In this document: positions 38,677 to 49,024 of the stretch, piece by piece
Layout of the letters: each line of letters starts with the position of its first letter
Position numbering within the stretch: the first letter of the stretch is position 1
Assembly: GCA_039189765.1 (NCBI GenBank)
Contig: JBCCYL010000024.1
Coordinates: forward strand, 1-64,000
Length of the DNA stretch: 64,000 nucleotides
Direction: 5' to 3'
DNA from: Cyanobacteria bacterium P01_F01_bin.150
GTDB lineage: Bacteria; Cyanobacteriota; Cyanobacteriia; CAKZMO01
The notes under the pieces: model-generated
Databases searched by the model: none
What the model was told of the DNA's origin: nothing
The model's input: only the letters and a program-made list of their open reading frames with translations
Made by a program: the position numbers and the translations under genes

Positions 38677-40044
38677 TTAATAGTGGGTTAAATTCAACGC
38701 CTGTAAAACGGGGGGATGATCGCCTACCGGAAAATGTAGGACACTCAGTTTGCCGGGGGAGAGTGGCAGAGTGGGGGCCAAACCATGACGAAGACGAATG
38801 GTTTTAGCGATCAACGATTGCAGAGTGGGGATAGGGGCGATCGCCATTCCCGTAATCAGTCGCTTCTTGGCCGGATCGGTATGATTTTCCTGGTCTAAGG
38901 CCCGATGCCATTGACGGGCAAAGTCATGGCGTTGAACCTGGAGCTGCACCAGATTTGTACGGTCCTGAAATAGCTGCTGGGCGATCGCTTGGGCGACCGG
39001 ATCGGTTTGCGTCAGACTATAGGCCATCGGCATATCTGCCAGATGCTGGCGAATGGTAGTCGTTTGTTGCATTAACTGATCTGTCGCACGGTCTGACTGA
39101 GGAGCTACAGGGAGTAACAGTAGACGTAAGCCCTGTTTGCCTGCTTTAAGTTTGGGTAAGGGTTCCCCCAAGTGGCACGTGCAGTTCAAAACCCGCAGTT
39201 GGGCAGTGGATGTGGGCTGGGAATAGTCGAGGATACTAATGCCACCATTGGACTGTTGTAAACGGTGGTGAAATCGCGGCGAGAGTCCTAAGGCCGTGCT
39301 GATAAGGGCATGGTTGGTACCGCCATGGCTGACAACTAAGATGGTTTGACCAGGATGGTTGGGAAGAGTGGCTTGCCAAAAAGCTTGGGCTTGACGATAC
39401 AGCTCCAGAATCGGAAACGTCTTTTGCGGTTTAGGATGTAGCGCCTGTGTGGTCGTTTTGTCCAATCCTCTGGAGCTAGCAAATCCTCCGGGGCTAGATA
39501 ATCCTCTGGGGCTAGATAATGGAACGACAGACTGGCGGTCAAGATTCATCTGAAATTCGTGGGGCCGTTTGAGCCAGCATTGGTAGGCGATCGCCTCTTC
39601 ACTACGCACATCTTTGTAGCATCGCCCTTCCCACTGCGGCAGATTAATTTCCCGTAATCGTTCCGAAAAAATAGGTGCAGGCATTGGATATTGACTCGTT
39701 TTTGCCGCAATCCCTTCTGTCGTTTCACGGACCCGTTTTAGGGGACTAGCATACACTGCATCCACAGGAATAGAGGAAAGAATGGTGCCAACCCTATGGG
39801 CCTGCTGCCAGCCTTGGGCATTTAATACTGAATCATTGCTGCTGCCCTGGTATCGCTGTTGATCGTTGAAGGTGCTGCGGCCATGGCGGACTAGGATGAC
39901 ACGGGTGGTATAAGGGCCACAAGGGGGGAGATTAAACCAGTTACGGATATAACTAGTATTAGCCTTATCGTTGGTGGTTCTGGAGTCGGGCTGATTTGAG
40001 GAGATGTCGGTTAATGGTTGGCGTTGTTCAATAAGAGAGAGCAT
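38677..40044 (-). CDS. Histidine phosphatase (phosphoglycerate-mutase-like) family protein with in-frame repeat insertion; ORF track start 40143 overlaps ABC gene, likelier start MLSLIEQ
   Basis: RHG motif ..VILVRHGRSTFN.. and ..VVSHGGT..; tandem ggggctagataatcctct x2 at 39470-39520 encodes SSPRGLSSPGG. Confidence 0.6.
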   Translation of the reverse strand: MLSLIEQRQPLTDISSNQPDSRTTNDKANTSYIRNWFNLPPCGPYTTRVILVRHGRSTFNDQQRYQGSSNDSVLNAQGWQQAHRVGTILSSIPVDAVYASPLKRVRETTEGIAAKTSQYPMPAPIFSERLREINLPQWEGRCYKDVRSEEAIAYQCWLKRPHEFQMNLDRQSVVPLSSPRGLSSPGGFASSRGLDKTTTQALHPKPQKTFPILELYRQAQAFWQATLPNHPGQTILVVSHGGTNHALISTALGLSPRFHHRLQQSNGGISILDYSQPTSTAQLRVLNCTCHLGEPLPKLKAGKQGLRLLLLPVAPQSDRATDQLMQQTTTIRQHLADMPMAYSLTQTDPVAQAIAQQLFQDRTNLVQLQVQRHDFARQWHRALDQENHTDPAKKRLITGMAIAPIPTLQSLIAKTIRLRHGLAPTLPLSPGKLSVLHFPVGDHPPVLQALNLTHY

Positions 40045-41893
40045 AGGGTCGTTCTCCTTTTCGGGGTTGGGCGGGGGATGGGTTACCCATCTGTAGATGA
40101 TAGAGGTGGGCATACCGGGCGTTGAGTTGAAGCAGTTCATCATGACTTCCCTGTTCTAAAATGCGGCCCTGCTCGATATATAAAATATGGTCAGCCGTTT
40201 GAGCCGTATGGAGATTATGGGAAATCAAAAAGGTGGTTTTGCCCTGAACCAGTCGATTAAGGGCAGAGGTGACGAGGCGATCGCTTTCGTTATCTAACCC
40301 CGTGGTGGGTTCATCCAAAATCAGAATAGGAGCCTTACGGACCGCAGCGCGGGCAATGGCAATCCGCTGTCGCTGTCCCCCTGACAGGGTTGCCCCTCGT
40401 TCCCCCAAAACAGTGTCGTAGCCGTCTGGTAGCTGTAGGATAAAGTCATGGGCATTGGCCAGTTTAGCCGCTGTCTCAATATCGTCCTGGGTCGCAGTAA
40501 GACAGCCATAGGCAATATTCTCTCGGATGGTGGTGGCAAATAGCACGCTGTCCTGGAGCACAATACTAAAGCGCTGTCGCAGAGTGTCGAGGGTATAGTC
40601 TCGAATGTCCTGACCATCAATAAGAATCGCGCCATCGCTGGGGTCATAGAACCGCATCAGCAAACTGACCAGGGAGGACTTGCCACCACCAGACGGACCC
40701 ACCAACGCCACTTTTTGGCCCGGCATGATGTGAAAATTCAAGTCTTTCAGGGTGCCGTGGTGTTCGTCATAGCCAAAGTAAACAGCCTGGAATTGGATGG
40801 CACCTTGAAAGGATGGGGTGGGTTGGGCATGGGGGCGATCGCTTATTTTGGGCACCGTATCAAGAATATCTAAAATCCGTTCACCCGAAGCCGTCGCCTT
40901 GGCAATTTGTCCCGTGTACTTCGCCAGTTGGCGCATGGGCTTAAAGGCCACTTTTAGATAGGTGGTGAACACCAGCAGGTCGCCTGCGGTCAAGGCTCCC
41001 TGAAGCACTAATTGAACGCCGCGCCAGAGGACAAGGGCAGTGGCGATCGCCACTAACACTTCCACTAGACGTTCTTGGCCTGCCCTTAGCTTTTGGGCCT
41101 GGGCACTTTCCCTAAGGCTTTTACGATTCTGACGGCTAAAGCTCCGTTCCAGCATGTCCTGAAGCCCAAGTGCTTTTACCACTTTGATGGCACCAATCGA
41201 CTCAGCAACTGAGGCGGCCATGGCTCCCTCTCGTTTACGCTGACGTCGGGCCACGTCTCGAATTTTGCGGGTCATTTTTACAGTGGACAGGGCAAACAGC
41301 GGCAGGACCAACAGGGCAATCATCGCTAGTTCCCAATTTAGCCACAGCATTACGCCCAACATACCCACTAGGGTCAGCCAATTGGTGAGTAATGGCAGCA
41401 CGGCCACAACGGTGACTTCTCGCAGCCGCTCAATATCGTAAGTAACACGGGTAATCAAATCCCCACTTTTATGCTGGTGATGAAAGCTAAGAGACAGCCG
41501 CTGAATATGGCTAAAAAGCTGGCCACGAATCGCGGTCATAATATGGGTTGCGGCAACGGCCATCCCGACGGTGCTAAAGTAGGCCGCTCCTCCTCGTAAA
41601 CTAGAAACCCCGACCAGGGAAAGGGTAAGTACGGTCAATAAACTCAAGGGATGGAGGCCAAAGGTATCCGGGGATGCAGTCAAATCAGTTCCAGCAGAAA
41701 AGCCAGGAAGAATGACGCGATCGAACATAAATTTCAGGGGCCACGGCTCCAGGAGTCGCATCGCAGTTTCCAGCAGCAACGCCAGAAACGACAGAGATAA
41801 GAGTCGTTTTTCTTTAACAATCTGGGGCTGAAACTGCCGCAGAATTCGACCAATACCTGGAATGGATTTTTTCAATGATTGATGACTGGGCAT
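40028..41893 (-). CDS. ABC exporter, fused TMD-NBD (MsbA/type I exporter-like)
   Basis: 6-TM N-terminal domain; Walker A GPSGGGKSS, signature LSGGQRQRIAIARA, Walker B ILILDEPT. Confidence 0.85.
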   Translation of the reverse strand: MPSHQSLKKSIPGIGRILRQFQPQIVKEKRLLSLSFLALLLETAMRLLEPWPLKFMFDRVILPGFSAGTDLTASPDTFGLHPLSLLTVLTLSLVGVSSLRGGAAYFSTVGMAVAATHIMTAIRGQLFSHIQRLSLSFHHQHKSGDLITRVTYDIERLREVTVVAVLPLLTNWLTLVGMLGVMLWLNWELAMIALLVLPLFALSTVKMTRKIRDVARRQRKREGAMAASVAESIGAIKVVKALGLQDMLERSFSRQNRKSLRESAQAQKLRAGQERLVEVLVAIATALVLWRGVQLVLQGALTAGDLLVFTTYLKVAFKPMRQLAKYTGQIAKATASGERILDILDTVPKISDRPHAQPTPSFQGAIQFQAVYFGYDEHHGTLKDLNFHIMPGQKVALVGPSGGGKSSLVSLLMRFYDPSDGAILIDGQDIRDYTLDTLRQRFSIVLQDSVLFATTIRENIAYGCLTATQDDIETAAKLANAHDFILQLPDGYDTVLGERGATLSGGQRQRIAIARAAVRKAPILILDEPTTGLDNESDRLVTSALNRLVQGKTTFLISHNLHTAQTADHILYIEQGRILEQGSHDELLQLNARYAHLYHLQMGNPSPAQPRKGERPYALSY

Positions 41894-41903
41894 AGTGTGT
41901 CCT

Positions 41904-43019
41904 TCAGGAGACTCCGGCTCTGTTTTCTACCCTGTTCTCCTCAGGGGCAACATTAACCATTGGCAGCGCTGGGATTGGATAATATGCGTGGGCAGTGCGC
42001 TTTTTGTAGGAGTTAGTAATCCACTTGTTAAGAATGCGCTCCAGGGCGATCGCCCTTTGCTCCAGCCACGGCACCGTTTTGCCAAAAGTAAACCGACGGA
42101 CAAGGGGCTTTAGAAATGCATGGTGGCGACGATGGCCCATGCGACGGTAGCGCTTCTTGAAGTACTTGTCTTTTTTCAGCAAATTCCATTTTTGGCTGAA
42201 GTGATGGAGACTCTTGCGTTCCCAATCATCACTCCAGCGCAGCATAAAATAGGATAGATCGGACCAGCGGTAGAGGATCTCAGGCACATAGGTAACAACG
42301 GACTCTGGTTCACAGAAAATAGTCCCTCCAGCCTGGGTAACGGTGAGGCAAAAGTCGATATGTTCGCGGGTACTCAGCAGGCTTTCATCCAGCAGCCCGG
42401 TGCGATGAAAGATATCGGTGCGCACCAGCATACAGTGAAATTCGGCAAATTCACATTGACGCTGATGGAGCTGATCCTGCACCTCCGCTACGGGGCGGTT
42501 AACGAAATAGTGTTTTTCATGGACTCGATGCCGGGTCCGATCGCCATGGACCTCCAGAACAATCCTGGCTTCTCCTCCCGCCAAGTGAATTTTTTGGTGC
42601 AGCGGTTTGCCAATGCAGGTGAGGGGACAGACGACATCTGCCTGATTGTCTGAGGCGCATTGCAGGAGGCGATCGCACCATCCCGGTGACACCTCCACAT
42701 CATTGTCGATAAACAGAACATAGGGGGTTTTAACGTGGCTTAGCCCAATGTTCCGGGCCTGATTAGGCGACAGATAGTGATCGGTGCGAATTAATTCAAA
42801 GTCACGCGTTACCGCTTGAGTTTCAAGATAGCTACGGACCGAAGCCGGAGACCCACCATCTACATAAATCAAATGAAACGGAATTTTGGTACAGGCATAA
42901 ATGCTTTCAAGGGATTCGCGAGTGTAGCTAAACCGTTCACGGGGAACCACCACAATGGTGACAGCAGGAGTAGAGCCAATGGAGCTAAAAAGCGGTTGAT
43001 GCTGATTAAGGATATTCAT
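41904..43019 (-). CDS. Glycosyltransferase family 2
   Basis: ..VTIVVVPRERFSYTRESLESIY.. GT-A fold N-terminus, DxD-type motif ..FIDNDVEV.. Confidence 0.7.
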   Translation of the reverse strand: MNILNQHQPLFSSIGSTPAVTIVVVPRERFSYTRESLESIYACTKIPFHLIYVDGGSPASVRSYLETQAVTRDFELIRTDHYLSPNQARNIGLSHVKTPYVLFIDNDVEVSPGWCDRLLQCASDNQADVVCPLTCIGKPLHQKIHLAGGEARIVLEVHGDRTRHRVHEKHYFVNRPVAEVQDQLHQRQCEFAEFHCMLVRTDIFHRTGLLDESLLSTREHIDFCLTVTQAGGTIFCEPESVVTYVPEILYRWSDLSYFMLRWSDDWERKSLHHFSQKWNLLKKDKYFKKRYRRMGHRRHHAFLKPLVRRFTFGKTVPWLEQRAIALERILNKWITNSYKKRTAHAYYPIPALPMVNVAPEENRVENRAGVS

Positions 43020-43090
43020 GATGATCGAATGTGGATAGACGAACTTGGATAAATAAAGTTGGATAAACGAGCTTGAGTTGTGTCGTTTGA

Positions 43091-44338
43091 CTAGGCACTT
43101 TGAGATAAGGGTTGGGCGATAGCATTATGAACCGAACGTAATGGAGCGATGGAGTGACCCAGCACCTGGGCATAGACCTTTACCCAGTTGTCCTGTTCTA
43201 CCTCAGGGGAAAGCTTTTGTGAGACATTGATTTGTGCCTGGCGGCCAAGGGACTGGCGCAATTCAGGAGAATCGGCAAGCTGGCGGATCGCCTGGGCAAG
43301 CTCCACTCTGGAACTGGGTGGAACAACTAATGAATCCTCTCCATTGGTCAAAATTTCGCCAATGGCGTCAACATTGGTGCCAATAATCGGACAGCCTGCC
43401 ATCATGGCTTCTAGCATGGCGTTGGGACAGCCATCATGAATGGATGGAATCGAGAATATATCCAGATGGGGCAAAAAGGTCAGGGCGTCTTCACGGGGCA
43501 TCATCCCAGTGACATGAACCCGATGCCTAAAAGAGTGATGCGTCAGGAGATCATCCCAATAGGCCTTTTCCTTATCGACAAAATCCCCAATCAAAACCAG
43601 CGTTAGGGGAATACTGTCTTGGAGCAGAGCACAGGCATCTAGCAAAAATTCAATCCCTTTCTTATCCCGAAATCTCCCCAGGGAACCAATTACTAGCCCT
43701 GTATCAGCATTCTGCCACAGGGATTTAATCAGCCCTGGTGTAGGCATTTCTTCAAAGTCAACAGCAGCAATCGAATTCCAAAACGCTGAAGACCGGGGCC
43801 TAAGCGTAGGAACTAGCACCGTTGCTCGTCGCTGCAGATCTCGACTGACACAGGTCACCCAATCAGATTGCTCAAGAGTCCAGGTAATCTGGCCGTGATA
43901 TTTGGGATTAAAAACATGTTTATGCAGGTCATTACCGCGAATGCTGTTGAGAACGGGGATACCATATTCCTTAGCCAGCAACGTGGCTAGAAACCCCGTC
44001 TCATTGAGAAAAAAGGCGTGAAAGGCATCAAAGTCATAGCGGAGGTGGAGCGATCGCACCTGAGCATACACTTCGGTCATATAGTCCTGAACGGCCCAGT
44101 TTTCCGCCCGCACTGCGCAGTGAATACGATGCACCAATACCCCATCATCATTATTAGTGGTGTAGCCTGTGCGAATGCTGGGATTTGGCGTATTGTGAAA
44201 CTTAGCGCTGAAGACGGTTACATGTACTTCGTAGCCAGACCTCTGAAGCATATGGGCGATACGATAAACAGACGTGCCAACCCCACCAATATCGGGGGGA
44301 TATTCGAGGGTAGTCATGCAAATACGAGCAGCAGTCAT
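43091..44338 (-). CDS. Glycosyltransferase family 4 (GT-B, retaining)
   Basis: ..E.PPDIGGVGTSVYR.. N-terminus and C-terminal ..PS..DGCPNAMLEAMMAGCPIIGT.. EX7E-like region. Confidence 0.75.
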   Translation of the reverse strand: MTAARICMTTLEYPPDIGGVGTSVYRIAHMLQRSGYEVHVTVFSAKFHNTPNPSIRTGYTTNNDDGVLVHRIHCAVRAENWAVQDYMTEVYAQVRSLHLRYDFDAFHAFFLNETGFLATLLAKEYGIPVLNSIRGNDLHKHVFNPKYHGQITWTLEQSDWVTCVSRDLQRRATVLVPTLRPRSSAFWNSIAAVDFEEMPTPGLIKSLWQNADTGLVIGSLGRFRDKKGIEFLLDACALLQDSIPLTLVLIGDFVDKEKAYWDDLLTHHSFRHRVHVTGMMPREDALTFLPHLDIFSIPSIHDGCPNAMLEAMMAGCPIIGTNVDAIGEILTNGEDSLVVPPSSRVELAQAIRQLADSPELRQSLGRQAQINVSQKLSPEVEQDNWVKVYAQVLGHSIAPLRSVHNAIAQPLSQSA

Positions 44339-44350
44339 GGAAACTCCTTT

Positions 44351-44383
44351 GATTTTGGATTTTGGATTTTGGATTTTGGATTG
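44351..44383. repeat. Heptamer tandem repeat (TTTTGGA)x4.5 immediately 5' of GT4 start codon
   Basis: gattttggattttggattttggattttggattg; on mRNA strand reads (UCCAAAA)n just upstream of AAGGAG SD and AUG. Confidence 0.9.
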
Positions 44384-44492
44384 TCTGCAAGGAAGTCCGG
44401 TCCTCTCCTCTTGGCAAAGGCGAGTTAGAGGGGGTGCTCCAAAAGTTGGACTATTTCAGCCAGGCATTACAAGAGGTGGGTCTTCCAAACCA

Positions 44493-45677
44493 TTAAAGTG
44501 AGGACAAGTTGAATGAAGGGCGATCGCAAAACTCTTTTACGATTTCAGCGGTGTGCTTCACTCCATCTAGGTCAAAGGACATGGGAGACGGGGTTTGATC
44601 CAAAGCATCTATCACTCGCTGGGCAAAGCGTTCGGGAGCCAAGTCTTCGGGGTGAATAACGGATACAATGCCTAGTTCTTCTAGCTGTTTAGAGCGGATG
44701 GTTTGTTCCTGGTCGTTGTTGCCAGTGAAAGGGAGGAGGAGCGATCGCACTCCGGTCGTCAGCACATTCATGGTGGTGTTGTAGCCTGCCATGTTGATGG
44801 AAAGATCAGCACGGCACATATATTGCAGTAAATTGGGCGTATATCGTTGAACTGAAAGATTGGATTGTTGAGAAGCGATCGCTTTCAGCCGCTCAAATAC
44901 CTCATCCGGGGAAAATGGCCCAGTAAACATTTGAATATGATGGGGAATCCGTCCTTCTAAAAATTTGCTAGCCTGGGCTGCACAATTGAGCAACTCATGA
45001 CCAAAGCGTCCCCCGCCAACGCTGACCAGAATCAGTGGGTAAGGGATGGTGGGCTGCTGGGCTGTTTCAACTACTTGGAGCTGCTGTTCTTGAACCACAT
45101 ACCCGGTGTAGTATAGCGGGCAGCTCAGGTCGCGAGTGCGGGAAAAGCTACGCTCTAGGGGCATAAACTTGGGATCGCCGTGAACCAATAACAGGTCAAA
45201 GTAACGGTTCATCAGGGTGCAAATTTTCATCTCATGCCGTTCTTGATCCTGTTTGGTGACGACAATATCTCGCAGGCTACAGGCAATTTTGGCTCCGTGG
45301 AATCGGGCTCGTTCAATTAAGGGCAACAATTCTGGAGAAAACTTGCGACGACCAAAGGGAAAGAGTTCCACCATCAAAATATCGGGCTGGAAGTCATCAC
45401 AGATTGCCAGAAGGCGATCGCGCCGGATCTCCATGGCTTTTTCAACCGTGCTGACTCCAGCAGGAGCTTGAAGGGCGGAAAATTCGGCATCGGTTTTAAG
45501 GGGCAAAATATTCACTACCTCAATGCCATCAGGAGTGGGGTAGTCCTGAATTACTTCGCCACCATTGATAAAGCAGATTTGGAAGTCTGAAGTTAGTCCT
45601 TTAACAATTTCCATACTGCGAATTAGGTGACCGATACCAAGGATATGTTGGCAGTAGAACAATAGGCGTTTTTTCAT
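44493..45677 (-). CDS. GT-B fold glycosyltransferase (GT1/GT28 MGT-like)
   Basis: N-terminal ..LLFYCQHILGIGHLIRSMEIVKGL.. and C-terminal nucleotide-sugar binding region; paralog of 45756-47015. Confidence 0.6.
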   Translation of the reverse strand: MKKRLLFYCQHILGIGHLIRSMEIVKGLTSDFQICFINGGEVIQDYPTPDGIEVVNILPLKTDAEFSALQAPAGVSTVEKAMEIRRDRLLAICDDFQPDILMVELFPFGRRKFSPELLPLIERARFHGAKIACSLRDIVVTKQDQERHEMKICTLMNRYFDLLLVHGDPKFMPLERSFSRTRDLSCPLYYTGYVVQEQQLQVVETAQQPTIPYPLILVSVGGGRFGHELLNCAAQASKFLEGRIPHHIQMFTGPFSPDEVFERLKAIASQQSNLSVQRYTPNLLQYMCRADLSINMAGYNTTMNVLTTGVRSLLLPFTGNNDQEQTIRSKQLEELGIVSVIHPEDLAPERFAQRVIDALDQTPSPMSFDLDGVKHTAEIVKEFCDRPSFNLSSL

Positions 45678-45755
45678 GGGAAGACTTTTGAGAATATTGA
45701 AACGTCAGCAGATAGGCGAAGACTTGGTGTTATTCCTCTTCTGTGGGGAAAACAG

Positions 45756-47015
45756 TCAAGACGCTGCGATCGCTAATCTAGGATTGGGCTGCGATAAATG
45801 GCAGTCAGGAAAGGAAAACGAAGAAGGATGATTTGGGAGCAACGCCATTAGGCGCTGAGCAATACGAGGAAGGGCACCCATATCAAGAGGTGCGGTGGGA
45901 GTGAGTGGAGTCGTCAACTGTTGTTGAATGGCAGTTGCCAGGGTATGGGGTGATAAATCAAAGGGATGAATGGCGTTAAAAAGGTGCTGCTGCCGCATCC
46001 GTTCCGCTCGAATCCATTGTTCTTGCACAGGGTGGACTCGGGGAACGACAATGGCCTGTTTTTGCAGGGACAGAATTTCACAAACCGTGTTGTATCCTCC
46101 CATGGACACGACTAAATCCGCAGCTCCCATCAGACTGAGTAAATCATCGCTAAAATCCAAAACGGCTACGTCAGAGTAAGCTAATGCGGCTTGATGCACT
46201 CGTTTACACTGGGCCTCAGGCATTTCATATCCACACACAATCAGACTTTTTATGGCCGGTAGGTTGGGCTGCCCTGCAATCATGTCCAAATAGGTCATTA
46301 ATAGGCGATCGCCATCGGCTCCTCCTCCAGCCGTTACCAGCACTAGCTTTTCGTCTGGACTAACATGCAACTTTTGTCGAACATTGATGGCCGCAGAGAG
46401 CCCTGGTTTGCGGTGAATATAACCACAGAAATGGGTCTTTTGGGCGATCGCCTCTGGAAACTGATACTCCTGAAGCACGTTAAAAATATCCTGGTTGCCA
46501 ACGACCCAAATTTCAGCATAGTGTTGGTTAAGAATGTCAAAATAATTATGGCGTTGCCACTGTCGATAGGTCGCTTCGGGGGTATCCAAAATATCTCGCA
46601 GCAATAACACCAGGCGGGTTGAAAGGCCTGTAGATGATTGGGCCGATTGCGCTAAAAAATTAAGGGTTGGCTGTAGCTCTTGCAGTAGCCCACTGGGTTT
46701 TTTATCGACTAAAAATACGTCTGGCTGAAAGGCCTGGATGGCCGATAGGATCAGATCGGCTCGAAGATTAACGGTTTCCTCCAGAGGAGTATCCAAAAAG
46801 GTAACACCGAGGCCACCGGTCTGATCACGACTCACGCAGGGAAGTTTGATATAGTCCAGTCCTCTGGGCAAACGCAGGCTGTGCAGGGCAGGAGAACCAG
46901 AGAGGACCAAAATAGAAAGGCCAGGGATTGTCTCCAACAGGTAGTCACAGATAGCCAGCATTCGTCGGATATTGCCCAGACCAAAGGCATCATGGGAATA
47001 AACCATTAGTTTCAT
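45756..47015 (-). CDS. GT-B fold glycosyltransferase (GT1/GT28 MGT-like), paralog of previous
   Basis: N-terminal ..MVYSHDAFGLGNIRRMLAICDYL.. mirrors neighbour; similar length and C-terminal region. Confidence 0.6.
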   Translation of the reverse strand: MKLMVYSHDAFGLGNIRRMLAICDYLLETIPGLSILVLSGSPALHSLRLPRGLDYIKLPCVSRDQTGGLGVTFLDTPLEETVNLRADLILSAIQAFQPDVFLVDKKPSGLLQELQPTLNFLAQSAQSSTGLSTRLVLLLRDILDTPEATYRQWQRHNYFDILNQHYAEIWVVGNQDIFNVLQEYQFPEAIAQKTHFCGYIHRKPGLSAAINVRQKLHVSPDEKLVLVTAGGGADGDRLLMTYLDMIAGQPNLPAIKSLIVCGYEMPEAQCKRVHQAALAYSDVAVLDFSDDLLSLMGAADLVVSMGGYNTVCEILSLQKQAIVVPRVHPVQEQWIRAERMRQQHLFNAIHPFDLSPHTLATAIQQQLTTPLTPTAPLDMGALPRIAQRLMALLPNHPSSFSFPDCHLSQPNPRLAIAAS

Positions 47016-47092
47016 GATTGTTTCTGTTGATTAGAAGTCTCTCGGTTCAAGGAATGGCAAATAAATAGCCCTTTGCTGCGCAGGGCATTTGA

Positions 47093-48577
47093 CTAAGCCA
47101 CTTGGGATAATGGCTGCACAGTTGCCCCGTCCTTGAACGATAACGATGATTTCAATAACGCCCAGGATGGTTGTGAATTCCCGGCAGTCCGACCAATGCC
47201 GACGTAGTAAAAGCCTGCTTTGGTCATCGTCTCTGGTTCCAAGGCATTGCGGCCATCGATCATGACAGGAATGCGCATAATTGTCGCTAGGTTTGCATAG
47301 TCTAAAGATTGAAATTCTGCCCATTGCGTCACTAGCACTAAGGCATCACAGCCGTCTGCCAAATCTTCCACTGATGTCATTACCGCGACGTTTTCTAGAG
47401 AATCAGGTGCATGGTGAGGGGCAATAATGGGGTCATAGACTTTAACTTTTGCCCCCAGGCGATGGAGTTCACAAATAAGGTCGAGGGCCGGTGCATCTCG
47501 CATGTCGTCCGTATTAGGTTTAAAGGTTAAGCCTAACAAGCCAATGATTTTACCCTTGAGAATTTTTAGAGTTTGCTGTAGCTTTTCCAAGGCTAAAGTA
47601 CGCTGATATCGATTGGTTTGGACCGCTGCATTTAAGACAGGAGCCTCATAACCATAGTCCTGGGCAGTGTGAATTAGTGCCGCTACGTCTTTTGGAAAAC
47701 AGGATCCGCCCCAACCAATGCCAGACTGTAAAAACTTTGGGCCAATGCGGGAGTCCAGTCCTATGCCCATTGCCACTTGCGTAACATCTGCCCCAACGCG
47801 ATCGCAAATATTCGCCACATCATTAATAAAGCTAATCTTGGTAGCCAAAAATGCATTGGCTGCATATTTAATCATTTCTGCAGATGCCAAATCTGTCACT
47901 ATCAGAGGAACTGAATTTTGACTCGGCTGGCTGTAGTGATGAATGCGATGAATTAGTGGTTCATACAGTTCGCTCATAAGCACGATCGCTTGGTTATTTT
48001 CACTCCCTAACACAATCCGATCGGGGTTAAACGTATCAAAAACCGCCGAACCTTCTCTCAGAAATTCAGGATTGCTTACCACATCAAAGCACTCTGACCA
48101 TTGCTTTTGATCAGTTGCCAAATCTGTAGTCACTGTAGCCTGATGGATTTCGTCTAGAATTATCTGACGGACCCAGTTCCCAGACCCAATGGGAACCGTA
48201 GACTTATTGACAATAACTTTATAATTATCTGGGGTGCTACCTTTCACCAGATTGCTGCCAATACCGCGGGCAACTGCTTCTACATAACGAGTATCGCTCT
48301 CCCCTGTGGGCAACGACGGTGTGCCCACTGCGATAAAAAGAATCGTTCCATGGGCTACCCCAGCAGCTAAGTCCGTGGTGAATCTTAGCTGGCCTAACGC
48401 CATCGAGTTCTGCATTAGCTGCTCTAGACCGGGTTCGTAAATGGGCGATCGCCCTGCTTGCATCTGAGCGATTTTTTCAGCGTTATTGTCCACACAGATG
48501 ACATCATGGCCTAACTGTGCCAGACAGACTCCAGTCACTAATCCAACATATCCTGTGCCAATTACACATACATTCAT
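47093..48577 (-). CDS. ugd: UDP-glucose 6-dehydrogenase; start at MNVCVIGTGYVG (ORF track extends to 48619)
   Basis: Rossmann N-terminus MNVCVIGTGYVGLVTGVCLAQLGHDVICVDN, catalytic region ..GGSCFPKDV.., full-length UDPGDH family. Confidence 0.85.
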   Translation of the reverse strand: MNVCVIGTGYVGLVTGVCLAQLGHDVICVDNNAEKIAQMQAGRSPIYEPGLEQLMQNSMALGQLRFTTDLAAGVAHGTILFIAVGTPSLPTGESDTRYVEAVARGIGSNLVKGSTPDNYKVIVNKSTVPIGSGNWVRQIILDEIHQATVTTDLATDQKQWSECFDVVSNPEFLREGSAVFDTFNPDRIVLGSENNQAIVLMSELYEPLIHRIHHYSQPSQNSVPLIVTDLASAEMIKYAANAFLATKISFINDVANICDRVGADVTQVAMGIGLDSRIGPKFLQSGIGWGGSCFPKDVAALIHTAQDYGYEAPVLNAAVQTNRYQRTLALEKLQQTLKILKGKIIGLLGLTFKPNTDDMRDAPALDLICELHRLGAKVKVYDPIIAPHHAPDSLENVAVMTSVEDLADGCDALVLVTQWAEFQSLDYANLATIMRIPVMIDGRNALEPETMTKAGFYYVGIGRTAGNSQPSWALLKSSLSFKDGATVQPLSQVA

Positions 48578-49024
48578 AAAGCGTGATCTCCAGTTCTTCA
48601 ATGCCAGAAGCCAAACCACAAATGCTTAACACTTCAAGGATTTATGGTGGTCAGACCCGGTGGCTTTGTTCCAGTGACTTTAGAATCGTTGAACTGGATA
48701 AGATGGTCGTGAAGAATTGATGAGAACCAGTTCATGAAGGTTCATGAGAAAAAGATGAGAAGAACTTAGAATTCAGCCCTTTGAATCTCCTCAGCCGTCT
48801 TTAAAACTCGGCTATATGGGACATTCAAAGATAGTTAAGCTTAATATCTATTTTGCTAAGAGCTTTTTCATCAACGGAGCTTAGAGGCAACTTCAGCGAT
48901 AGAATTCACGTCAGGCATTGCAAAGATCACAAACTACCATGGTGCCAAAATCATCCATCTTGAATTAGTTTAATATTTAATTTCTCATGTTTTTATTGCT
49001 CTCATAGTTAAGGATAATGATGCG

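Noticed and set aside
47031-47324. 97-aa ORF (-) overlapping ugd C-terminus
   Set aside because: Alternative frame within ugd; no support
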